Shown here: positions 37,112 to 45,765 of the stretch, one piece after another | Numbering within the stretch: the stretch's first letter is position 1 | Layout: every line of letters starts with the position of its first letter | NCBI GenBank assembly: GCA_027406905.1 | Contig: DAHZHT010000005.1 | Location: 50,080-114,079, forward strand | Length of the DNA: 64,000 bases | Source: Elusimicrobiota bacterium | Lineage (GTDB): Bacteria > Elusimicrobiota > Elusimicrobia > UBA1565 > UBA9628 | Direction of reading: 5' to 3' | Translations under genes and position numbers: made by a program | Notes under the pieces: model-generated | What the model was told of the DNA's origin: nothing | The model's database searches: none | Seen by the model: only the letters and a program-made list of their open reading frames with translations

Positions 37112-37950
37112 GGCGAGTTCCGTTATGCCGATTTCAATCGTGAATCCGCTCAATTGGGGTTTTTTCACCGGGAAATAATTAGTTGTTGAGGGGCACTGGT
37201 GTCCGGGGAAAATCAGAACTCGAAGCATAGTTGAGGTTCCGTATTCCGCAACATGGATAATTTTCTCTCCGGTAGCCGCAGCAAATCGATCAGGCTGAGG
37301 CGATCCAAAAGGGTATTCTGAACGAGCTGTTGGAGCGGACAAGCGAGCGATGAAAGCGACATTGAAACTTGATGTAGGCCAGGAGCAAAAAGTACGTCAT
37401 GGACGCCCAAACCTGCGTGAGCACGGCGTTCTTGGAGGTGCCGAGGAACGTCTTTATCCGAAGGTGCGGCGTGATCCACTTGAAGAAAAGCTCCAGACAG
37501 AGGTCGATAGTGCCGGAATCGAAAGCGCACACGGGGTTTTTGAAGCGAAATTGATGATTGGGGGCGATGGCCTGGCAGCGCTCCAGAAGCTGGTAGAAGA
37601 GTTTCTCCATGATGCGGGAATCGCGTTTGGCGTTGGCGTCGGCCAAGGTCGATCGCTTCACGGCGGGCAATCCCCAGGTGGTAGAGCTTGGGCTCCTGGG
37701 TCTCCAGGGCGGTCTGGATGTCGCACAGGCTATTCTTGTTGGCGGCTTGAGCATACAGCAGCACCGTCAGTTGGTTCCAGGTCGAGAACTTTTTGACGTA
37801 ATGGTCTCCGCCGAAGTCGGAAACGGCTTGGTCGAACTGATGTCGGGGCAAAAGCGTCAACAACTGGTTCATGATTGTGTTAGAATACATTTGAAGAGTC
37901 CTCCGTCGGTATATTTAGCTTGCTCAGCACAAGTATTCTGCCAATGATGG
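37112..37950 (-). mobile_element. IS4-family insertion sequence remnant (3'-truncated)
   Basis: Two consecutive minus-strand reading frames give an IS4-family transposase N-terminal half (LLPRHQFDQAVSDFGGDHYVKKFSTWNQLTVLLYAQAANKNSLCDIQT; RSTLADANAKRDSRIMEKLFYQLLERC). No catalytic DDE C-terminal half. No inverted repeats identified. Confidence 0.65.
37213..37890 (-). pseudogene. frameshifted, truncated IS4-family transposase
   Basis: Covers ORFs 37213..37890 and 37290..37754, which are in different frames. Together they span about 250 aa, where a full-length transposase is more than 400 aa. Confidence 0.65.
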
Positions 37951-37998
37951 AGGATTCTTCGCTTTTAACCGGACACGAGTGATTGAGGGGCCAAATTT

Positions 37999-38937
37999 AT
38001 GAGAATGCGTATTTTTTTGACTGGCGGTAGCGGAATGGTTGGCAGAAATTTTCTTGAACATTCTGCCATAAGCGGATTCGATGTACTCGCCCCACACAGG
38101 AATGAGCTTAACTTGTTGGATTTTCAGGCAGTGACGGCATACGTTCGCGCACATAACCCTGATATTGTCATTCATGCCGCCGGTCGAGTGGGCGGTATTG
38201 AGGCCAATATGCGGGAGCCTGTTCGCTTTCTGATGGAAAACATGGATATGGGGCGCAATGTTGTTTTGGCGGCGCGTTCCATCGGAGTAAAGAAATTGTT
38301 GAATCTGGGGAGTTCTTGCATGTATCCTAGGAATGCCCCTAATCCACTGCATGAAGACATGGTGCTGAGCGGCGAACTAGAGCCAACCAATGAAGGATAT
38401 GCGCTTGCCAAGGTTGTTGTCGCGCGTCTATGTGAATATATTTCTCGCGAGAATCCGGAATATAAATACAAGACATTAATCCCGTGCAATCTCTATGGCC
38501 GCTATGACAACTTCGAACCATCGCGATCGCATTTGATGCCGGCAATTATTCATAAAATCCAAGAGGCTAAGTCCTCTGGATCAAGTGAAGTCACAATATG
38601 GGGTAATGGTATCGCGCGGCGAGAATTTATGTACGCTGGCGATTTGGCGGATTGCTTGATTGAGTCCGTTCGTCGTTTTGATAGTCTTCCCAATGTTATG
38701 AATGTGGGCGTTGGAGAAGATGCCAGCGTTGATGATTACTACAAAACCACTGCTGAAGTTATCGGTTATGGAGGCAAATTCACGCATGACTTAACCAAAC
38801 CGGTTGGAATGATGCGTAAGTTAGTATCGACGCAGAGGGCACAAGAGTGGGGATGGCGCGCTACAACTTCTTTGCGCGAAGGAATCAGGAAAGCATATGA
38901 CTTTTATGTGCAAGCATCAAAATTGAGAGTGGTATAA
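37999..38937 (+). CDS. fcl: GDP-L-fucose synthase family 3,5-epimerase/4-reductase (Fcl/ColC-like)
   Basis: Colinear with Fcl: MRIFLTGGSGMVGRN, LGSSCMYP, LEPTNEGYALAK, NLYGRYDNFEPSRSHLMPA, TIWGNGIARREF. Confidence 0.85.
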   Translation: MRMRIFLTGGSGMVGRNFLEHSAISGFDVLAPHRNELNLLDFQAVTAYVRAHNPDIVIHAAGRVGGIEANMREPVRFLMENMDMGRNVVLAARSIGVKKLLNLGSSCMYPRNAPNPLHEDMVLSGELEPTNEGYALAKVVVARLCEYISRENPEYKYKTLIPCNLYGRYDNFEPSRSHLMPAIIHKIQEAKSSGSSEVTIWGNGIARREFMYAGDLADCLIESVRRFDSLPNVMNVGVGEDASVDDYYKTTAEVIGYGGKFTHDLTKPVGMMRKLVSTQRAQEWGWRATTSLREGIRKAYDFYVQASKLRVV

Positions 38938-39046
38938 ATGGAAAACTATTACACTCTAGCCAGCACGACATGGAATGAGTCGGAACACTGGCGTATTCGA
39001 GTGGAAAAAAGATGGAAAGAGGCTTAGGGTTCTGCGGTAGAATAAA

Positions 39047-39991
39047 ATGAAAAAAGAAAAAATACTCATAACGGGGGGAGCGGGATACCTTGGATCGGTG
39101 ATGACTCGCCTTTTCCTTGAAACAGGCTATCACGTGCTTGTTCTGGATAATTTTATGTATGGACAATCCAGCCTTCTGGATTTTTGTGTTTTTGATTCTT
39201 TTGAAGTTGTGCGTGGAGACTGCCGCGATGAAGCTCTTATGAAAGGCCTCATCAAGGACGTGGATGCGGTCATTCCCTTGGCCGCATTGGTTGGCGCCCC
39301 TATCTGCAACCGCGATAAAATCGCCGCTGCGACCACCAATAGAGACGCGATCCAAATGCTCTGCCGCATAGCCGCCCCATCTCAAAAAATTCTTTTCCCC
39401 GTCACAAACAGCGGATATGGAATAGGAGAGAAAGGGAAATTTTGCACCGAGGAGAGTCCGCTGCGGCCAATTTCTTTTTACGGCCAAACAAAGGTTGAAG
39501 CGGAAAAAGCCATCTTGGATCGAGGCAATGGAATAACTTTTAGATTAGCGACAGCCTTTGGCGCTTCCCCCCGGATGCGAATGGATCTCCTGGTCAACGA
39601 TTTTGTCTACCGCGCGCTGGTGGACCGAGCTCTCATAGTGTTTGAGGGACACTTTAAGCGTAATTATATCCATGTCAGGGATATCGCGCGAGTTTTTCTT
39701 CATGGATTAAATAATTTCGAGACGATGAAAAATCAAACCTACAACGTGGGTCTTGAAGATGCCAACCTTTCAAAAATTGAGCTCTGCGCTCTTATTCAAA
39801 AAACTCTTCCGCAATTTGTCTATCACCAAGCGGAGATAGGAGAAGATCCCGATAAGCGCGATTACATCGTTTCTAACGCAAAAATACTCGCCACGGGATT
39901 TAAGCCCCAATGGAGCATCGAACGCGGAATCAAGGAACTCATTAAATGTTACACCGCTCTTGGAAAGGTCAATCTCTATGGAAATATTTAG
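39047..39991 (+). CDS. NAD-dependent epimerase/dehydratase (extended SDR)
   Basis: ILITGGAGYLGS Rossmann motif and YGQTKVEAEK (YxxxK). Lacks the T(D/E)xVYG motif of 4,6-dehydratases. Confidence 0.7.
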   Translation: MKKEKILITGGAGYLGSVMTRLFLETGYHVLVLDNFMYGQSSLLDFCVFDSFEVVRGDCRDEALMKGLIKDVDAVIPLAALVGAPICNRDKIAAATTNRDAIQMLCRIAAPSQKILFPVTNSGYGIGEKGKFCTEESPLRPISFYGQTKVEAEKAILDRGNGITFRLATAFGASPRMRMDLLVNDFVYRALVDRALIVFEGHFKRNYIHVRDIARVFLHGLNNFETMKNQTYNVGLEDANLSKIELCALIQKTLPQFVYHQAEIGEDPDKRDYIVSNAKILATGFKPQWSIERGIKELIKCYTALGKVNLYGNI

Positions 39992-39997
39992 AACCCG

Positions 39998-40993
39998 ATG
40001 ATCATCACTCGAACTCCCTTTCGCATGTCTTTTTTTGGCGGCGGAACGGATTATCCCGATTGGTATCGTGAGCATGGCGGAGCGGTTGTCGCCGCGACTA
40101 TCGACAAATATTGTTACATCACCTGCCGCTATTTGCCACCGTTTTTTAATTACAAGAGCCGCATTCTCTATTCAAAGATAGAATTAGTCGAAAATAATTC
40201 AAAAATTGAACATCCCGCCGTCCGCGCCGTTTTATCCGAATTGGGCATCGATTCAGGATTAGAAATTCATCATGATGGAGATCTTCCCGCCCGCACGGGT
40301 CTTGGTTCAAGTTCGGCTTTTCTTGTAGGCCTTCTCCATGCTATTTCCGCTTTAAAAAATCGAATGTCAACAAAAATGGAACTGGCAAAGACGGCGATAC
40401 ACGTTGAACAAACCGTGCTGAAAGAGAATGTCGGCTGCCAAGATCAGGTCATTACCGCCTTTGGCGGATTACAACGCATCGATTTTCAAAAAAGGGGCGA
40501 TATTCATATCAACCCCATTGTTATCAGCGAAGAGCGGCTGAAATTCCTGGAAAGTTCGGTCCTTCTCTATTTTACCGGCTTTTCCCGTATTGCCTCGGAA
40601 ATTGTTAAAGAGCAACTACAAAACATTCCTCAAAAAGCCCACGAGCTTTTACGCATTCGCGAGATGGTCGATGAATCAATTGAAATCCTCTCTGGAAATG
40701 GCGATTTAAACGAGTTTGGCAAACTCCTGGATGAAAGCTGGGAGCTTAAAAGAAGGCTCAGCTCCAAGGTTTCCTCCCCTGCTATTGATGAAATCTATAA
40801 AGCCGCGAAATCAGCCGGGGCTTTGGGCGGAAAAATCATGGGCGCCGGCGGCGGGGGATTTATGATGTTGTTTGCCCCCCCCGAAGCTCATCCGCGCATT
40901 CATGAAAAGCTAAAACATCTTTTAAGAATCCCCTTTCATTTTGAAAACGAGGGCAGTCACATTATTTACTATCACCCCAATGGAGGTCGCTAA
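39998..40993 (+). CDS. GHMP-family sugar kinase (heptose-7-phosphate kinase HddA / fucokinase-like)
   Basis: N-terminal TPFRMSFFGGGTDYPDWY and GHMP motif PARTGLGSSSAFLVGLL. Confidence 0.7.
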   Translation: MIITRTPFRMSFFGGGTDYPDWYREHGGAVVAATIDKYCYITCRYLPPFFNYKSRILYSKIELVENNSKIEHPAVRAVLSELGIDSGLEIHHDGDLPARTGLGSSSAFLVGLLHAISALKNRMSTKMELAKTAIHVEQTVLKENVGCQDQVITAFGGLQRIDFQKRGDIHINPIVISEERLKFLESSVLLYFTGFSRIASEIVKEQLQNIPQKAHELLRIREMVDESIEILSGNGDLNEFGKLLDESWELKRRLSSKVSSPAIDEIYKAAKSAGALGGKIMGAGGGGFMMLFAPPEAHPRIHEKLKHLLRIPFHFENEGSHIIYYHPNGGR

Positions 40994-41693
40994 CGCCATC
41001 GAAGTAGATGCCATAATTCTTTGCGGAGGGCAAGGCCGCCGCCTCGTGAAAGTTCTCCCTGACTTGCCTAAAGCTCTTGCCCCTATTGGAAACAAATCTT
41101 TCCTCGATATTCTACTCGACTACGCTGTCCAAGAAGGACTGCGGCGTTTTATTTTTTGCCTTGGACACCGCGCAAGCGCCATAGAAGAGAGATTAAGCGC
41201 GCGGCAGGATTGCGATATCGTTTTTTCAAAAGAGACCGTTCCGCTTGGGACCGCTGGCGCTCTCAAATTATGCGAACCATTGAGAAGAAGTCGAACATCC
41301 CTAGTGATGAATGGCGACTCTCTATGCAATTTCAACATCAAGGAGTTTCTTAAAGCCCATGTAGAAAATAACGCTTCGGCAAGCGTCGCGGCGGTCATGG
41401 CGCCCGATAGAGATGACGGCGGATTTATCGAGTTCGCAAAGGATTATCAGATCACGCGATTTAATGAAAAATATGGAAGCGCGAAATATATTAACGCTGG
41501 AGTTTACGCGCTCAACTCCGAGCTTTGGGGGAAAATTCCCCCAGAGCGACCCTGTTCCATCGAGAAAGACGTCTTCCCGCAACTCGTGGGACACGGCCTT
41601 TTCGCCTGGCCCACTCACGCGCCACTTTTTGACATTGGAACTCCGGAACGCCTTGAGGCTTTTCGGCTCTTATATGCTAGTAGAGATCCTTGA
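40980..41693 (+). CDS. sugar-1-phosphate nucleotidyltransferase (HddC / GDP-sugar pyrophosphorylase-like)
   Basis: AIILCGGQGRRL...LPKALAPIGNKSFLD. About 238 aa. Overlaps the kinase gene end. Confidence 0.7.
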   Translation: MEVANAIEVDAIILCGGQGRRLVKVLPDLPKALAPIGNKSFLDILLDYAVQEGLRRFIFCLGHRASAIEERLSARQDCDIVFSKETVPLGTAGALKLCEPLRRSRTSLVMNGDSLCNFNIKEFLKAHVENNASASVAAVMAPDRDDGGFIEFAKDYQITRFNEKYGSAKYINAGVYALNSELWGKIPPERPCSIEKDVFPQLVGHGLFAWPTHAPLFDIGTPERLEAFRLLYASRDP

Positions 41694-42876
41694 TTTTATC
41701 GCAGACATGCTCCGCGAATGGAATCGCACAGGTAAATCCGGGCGAAACGGCGTTGAGCACGTGCAGGGAGCGATTGTCTCCTTCGACGACAAAATCCATC
41801 TCGAGCTTCATTGTCTCGATATTCAACAGCTGGGCGCGCATGCCTGGCAGCCCCCATTTCCTGAAATTTTCAGGCCGCACTCCTTTCAATAAACGCCCCG
41901 CCAAAGCGGCCATTCTCTGCGCGGAATACTTTTGGAATTCCTCCAGGGCCAACCTCTTAAAATCAAAATCTGAATAAAAGAGAAGTCCTATATTTCTTGC
42001 CGTGATTTCAAGCATTTCTTTAAGAGAAAAGCCCTCCAGGCCCGCGTACTGCTCTCTCCAAAACGCCGGGATGGCCGTTGGACCAATATGGACGTTTCCA
42101 TTCGCCGCGAGGGTAAAGTGAACTCCGAGAAAGGGATTGCGGATATCGGGCACGGGATAGACATTCGTCCGAACGGAACCGACAGGCTCTGTCGAATTAA
42201 GATAAAGCCCTTTAAAAGGCACGATGCGGTGACGCTGTGAAAACCCAAAATCGCGAGCGATTTTATCAGCATAGAGGCCCGCCGCGTTGACCACATATCC
42301 CGCTTTGATAACTCCGGCGCTCGTGCGTACGCCATTAGGACCCACGGACAAATAGGCTTCATTTTCTCGAATATCGACCCCCTCGCTGATTGCGTCTTGG
42401 CGCAGAGATTCCATGACTTGAAACGGGTCGACCGTGGATGTCGTAGGGGAGAAAAGGGCTTTTTCATAAGTCAAGACTCGAGGTTCTATCTCTTGAGCTT
42501 CTTTCGAACTCAACATCCAAAGCGGAACCCCATTGGCTTTTCCTCGACGCATTAGTTCCTCAAGGGCCAGAATATCCTCGGGACCCTGGGCGACGACCAG
42601 TTTCCCGCAGCGGTTGAGTGGAATATTTTTATCCTCGCAATAACGAGTCAAGGCTTTGTTCCCCGATCTAGCCAATTGAGCTTTTAAGCTGTCGGGAAAA
42701 TAATAAAATCCGGCATGGATGACGCCGCTATTGCGCCCGCTGGCATGGAGGCCGCATCTCTTCTCTTTTTCCAGAACGGCGACGGAACAGTCCGGATGGA
42801 GAACTTTAAGTTCTCGGGATATTTGTATCCCGATGATTCCACCGCCGATAACGACAAAATCCCGCGATTCTATCAC
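41677..42876 (-). CDS. FAD-dependent oxidoreductase, L-2-hydroxyglutarate oxidase (LhgO)-like
   Basis: DFVVIGGGIIGIQISRELKVLHPDCSVAVLEKE...GLHASGRNSGVIHAGFYY, consistent with the LhgO/DAO family. Confidence 0.7.
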   Translation of the reverse strand: MIESRDFVVIGGGIIGIQISRELKVLHPDCSVAVLEKEKRCGLHASGRNSGVIHAGFYYFPDSLKAQLARSGNKALTRYCEDKNIPLNRCGKLVVAQGPEDILALEELMRRGKANGVPLWMLSSKEAQEIEPRVLTYEKALFSPTTSTVDPFQVMESLRQDAISEGVDIRENEAYLSVGPNGVRTSAGVIKAGYVVNAAGLYADKIARDFGFSQRHRIVPFKGLYLNSTEPVGSVRTNVYPVPDIRNPFLGVHFTLAANGNVHIGPTAIPAFWREQYAGLEGFSLKEMLEITARNIGLLFYSDFDFKRLALEEFQKYSAQRMAALAGRLLKGVRPENFRKWGLPGMRAQLLNIETMKLEMDFVVEGDNRSLHVLNAVSPGFTCAIPFAEHVCDKIKDLY

Positions 42877-42882
42877 GATCTC

Positions 42883-44127
42883 TCAGGAATTTTGCTGGAG
42901 TTCGGAAGATGGAAATATCCGCGAAAGAGCGGCTCCGGAGAAAATAATCAATAGGGCTAAGGCTGGAAGCTGGTAGCGATTGTCCCAATACCCGACGAAA
43001 ATGTGAAGACTGTAGTAGCAAAATCCCGCAAAGGCAAGAGTAGAAGCTATTGTCCAATTTGTACGCCGTAAATACATTTCCCAAAAGGCAAGAATCAAGG
43101 TCGCTAGTTCAAAAACCCAAAGGACAGCCCTAATCACAATGGGCCCCCAACGTCCTTCTTGGCGATAAACGGAAATGGGTTGATCAATCCCGAACATCGC
43201 CGAATGGCTGGTCAACCAAAAATGAATCAGGCGAGACGGGAGTTTAAAGATCAATCGCGGCCAATTGGCTTTATAATTATTCAAGGCCATCCGATAAAAT
43301 TCGGCATCCGTCTCGATCTCGCTTCTCCCCACGGCCACCTGTTTTTGGACTGCCCCAACGTCGAGAGGGCGGGAAAGCTGCGAACCGCACCAAAGCGCGG
43401 GCCCTCCCCCTGTCGCCACCGGAATCCAAACTCCCATGACCTGTTTGTTTCTCAAAGACCAAGGAAGAAGCGTTAAGTAGGCGCACAGGAGAACTCCCGC
43501 AAGATGCCGCAACAGGCGCGGTTTTTTATGATGGAAAAGAAGAATAAGGAATGCGGCTCCTGGAGGAAATAAAATAAGGCTGGGCCGACAGAGAATCGCC
43601 AGTCCAAGCACAAAGCCCGCGAAAGCAAACAACCACTCCAGATTTTTCTTTAAATTTGACTCAAAAGCGTAAAGTAAAAGACAAAGGGCGGACGACCATG
43701 TCATGATAAACAGAGTCTCCGTCATAATTTCCGCGGTATAAGCGATAAAAACAGGATGAAGAGCGTAAAAGGCCGCCCCAAAAATCGCTCCCCTGCGTTC
43801 ATTGAGAGCATAAAGACCAAAAAGATAGATAAGCCCGATCGTTATTGTGTCTAAGAATGCTTGCGCTGCGCGCGCGTAAAACCACGGCCTATTGGAAAGC
43901 ATGACAAAAATAGAAAGGAATGCCGGATATAAAGGAGGGCGTATCGCCGTAGGCTGATTTCTAATCATGGAAAATTCGCCATGGAGGGCTATATTTTGGG
44001 CAATGCCGGCATACTCTACGCTATCTCCCAACAAAGGCGCCGATCTTTTTACCACCACCATGCTGATTCGAAGGATAAATCCCATGACCAAAACAATAAA
44101 CAAAGGATTTCTTAAAAAATTTTTCAT
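42883..44127 (-). CDS. GT-C fold glycosyltransferase (family 39 ArnT/PMT-like), second copy
   Basis: Polytopic membrane protein. Start set at MKNFLRNPLFIVLVMGF, whose ATG overlaps the GT2 stop (ATGA). Confidence 0.6.
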   Translation of the reverse strand: MKNFLRNPLFIVLVMGFILRISMVVVKRSAPLLGDSVEYAGIAQNIALHGEFSMIRNQPTAIRPPLYPAFLSIFVMLSNRPWFYARAAQAFLDTITIGLIYLFGLYALNERRGAIFGAAFYALHPVFIAYTAEIMTETLFIMTWSSALCLLLYAFESNLKKNLEWLFAFAGFVLGLAILCRPSLILFPPGAAFLILLFHHKKPRLLRHLAGVLLCAYLTLLPWSLRNKQVMGVWIPVATGGGPALWCGSQLSRPLDVGAVQKQVAVGRSEIETDAEFYRMALNNYKANWPRLIFKLPSRLIHFWLTSHSAMFGIDQPISVYRQEGRWGPIVIRAVLWVFELATLILAFWEMYLRRTNWTIASTLAFAGFCYYSLHIFVGYWDNRYQLPALALLIIFSGAALSRIFPSSELQQNS

Positions 44128-44840
44128 TTCGATCCCTTCCGCCGCCAATAGAAAATTTCTCGAAGGATCTGTGCCATATAGGCTAAACCCCAACGCACAA
44201 TTTGGAGCTTCCGGTCTCCGCCTAGGCGCTTTGGCTCATCTCCAGGAATTTCCGTCACTCTCAGACGTGTTTTTGCGCAGCGGACGGAAAGGATAGGTTC
44301 CCAACTGATGCGTGTACAAAAAAATTTCTCCGGCGTGTAGGTCGAGTCCTTATCTAAATCAAGCAACCCAATAAGGTCTTTCTTATACGCGCGATACATG
44401 ACCATGGCGTCAGTGTATTGTCCGCCAAAAAGGAAGTTGATTGTATAGGTAAAAAGCCAATTGCCAAAAGCGGTCATGAAATCATCATCTTCGCTTTTGG
44501 CGCCGGCCAGGTAGCGAGACACAATCACCATGTCATAACCTTCTTTGATTTTCTCAATCAATGGGGGAATTAATTCTGGGAGAGAATTCCCATCAGGGCT
44601 GAAGGTGATAATGACATCACCTTTGATTAAGCTCATTGCTTCCAAATAGCCATGGCGCAACCCGCGCTCTTTCTGAACGATAACATCAAATCCCTGAGAA
44701 TGACAATACCCCACCGTGCCATCATTAGAGCCGCCATCAAGGACTAAAATTTGGTCAACCCAACGGCGATCAATAAGCGGCATAATTTGACGCATCCCAA
44801 TTTCTTCATTTAAGACTGGAACCAAAAGGGTGGTCTTCAT
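44124..44840 (-). CDS. GT2 polyprenyl-phosphate sugar synthase (ArnC/DPM1-like)
   Basis: VPVLNEE...ILVLDGGSNDGT...DxD-type motifs. 238 aa. Confidence 0.75.
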   Translation of the reverse strand: MKTTLLVPVLNEEIGMRQIMPLIDRRWVDQILVLDGGSNDGTVGYCHSQGFDVIVQKERGLRHGYLEAMSLIKGDVIITFSPDGNSLPELIPPLIEKIKEGYDMVIVSRYLAGAKSEDDDFMTAFGNWLFTYTINFLFGGQYTDAMVMYRAYKKDLIGLLDLDKDSTYTPEKFFCTRISWEPILSVRCAKTRLRVTEIPGDEPKRLGGDRKLQIVRWGLAYMAQILREIFYWRRKGSK

Positions 44841-45203
44841 GGACTTTAGGATTAGATCTGACTCTGGATAAAACTATTCCGCGACGCCTCCGGATTTCGA
44901 ATCCGCGTTTTCGGCTGGGATAAGCAGGTCCAATTCGATTCCCTTAACGACCGCCTCTGTTCCATTGGATCCGTGGGGTTTTTGGAGCACATTGTTTAGG
45001 CCATTCTGAATTGGTTATTGTTGATGCTGATATTATTTAGCATTATCATGTGTTGTTGAGCAAATTTTTTATGCATTAAACATCAGCTTGCGGAATCGCC
45101 GTCCCAGGCAAATTCCGGATTATGGGCATTCATCCAAAAGACAAACACTCCCCGGATAAGAAGCGCTACCAGAAATATAAACCCGGCAATGGGAAAAGGT
45201 TTT

Positions 45204-45707
45204 TTAGTCTCTAGGAGGCTCAAACTTTTCCTTCAACCTTTTTGAGATATCTGGCGGCACGAAAGAATCGACGGAAGCCCCCAGGCGGGCCACTTCCTTG
45301 ACCATCGAAGAGGCGAAATAGGTGTATCTCTCATCGGGCATCAAAAAAACCGTCTCAACGTCGGGGTAAAGGGTCCGATTAAAAGAGGCCAACTGAAACT
45401 CATAATCCATATCGCTGACCACTCTTAAACCCCTAATCAACACCTGAATTCCTTTTTCGCGAAGATAATCCACCAATAGCCCCGAAAAGACGTCCGCTTC
45501 GGCGTTGGGAATTTTATTGATCGCCCCGCGAAGCATCTCGAGGCGCTCTTGAGCCGAAAAAGTGTGTTTTTTGGCCGGATTATCCGCCACGGCCACCAGC
45601 ACCCGCTCGAACATTTTTGCGGCGCGAAAAACAATATCTAAATGCCCCAAGGTGGGAGGATCAAAGCTCCCGGGATAGACCGCAATACGGTTCTTTAAAT
45701 TAGGCAT
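45204..45707 (-). CDS. coaD: phosphopantetheine adenylyltransferase
   Basis: IAVYPGSFDPPTLGHLDIV. Confidence 0.9.
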   Translation of the reverse strand: MPNLKNRIAVYPGSFDPPTLGHLDIVFRAAKMFERVLVAVADNPAKKHTFSAQERLEMLRGAINKIPNAEADVFSGLLVDYLREKGIQVLIRGLRVVSDMDYEFQLASFNRTLYPDVETVFLMPDERYTYFASSMVKEVARLGASVDSFVPPDISKRLKEKFEPPRD

Positions 45708-45765
45708 ATGGAGAATCTACAAAAAAATAAGCGGGAAAGGCTGGCTTTTTGCTAACATCGTTTCA

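Noticed and set aside
37350-37947. Plus-strand ORFs 37350..37796 and 37609..37947
   Set aside because: They are antisense to the IS4 transposase fragments, and the minus-strand frames carry the recognisable transposase sequence.
44880-44990. Possible tRNA or tmRNA fragment (TTCGAATCC T-loop-like sequence)
   Set aside because: I could not fold an acceptor stem, D-arm or anticodon arm around it on either strand. Kept only as a weak observation inside the intergenic finding.
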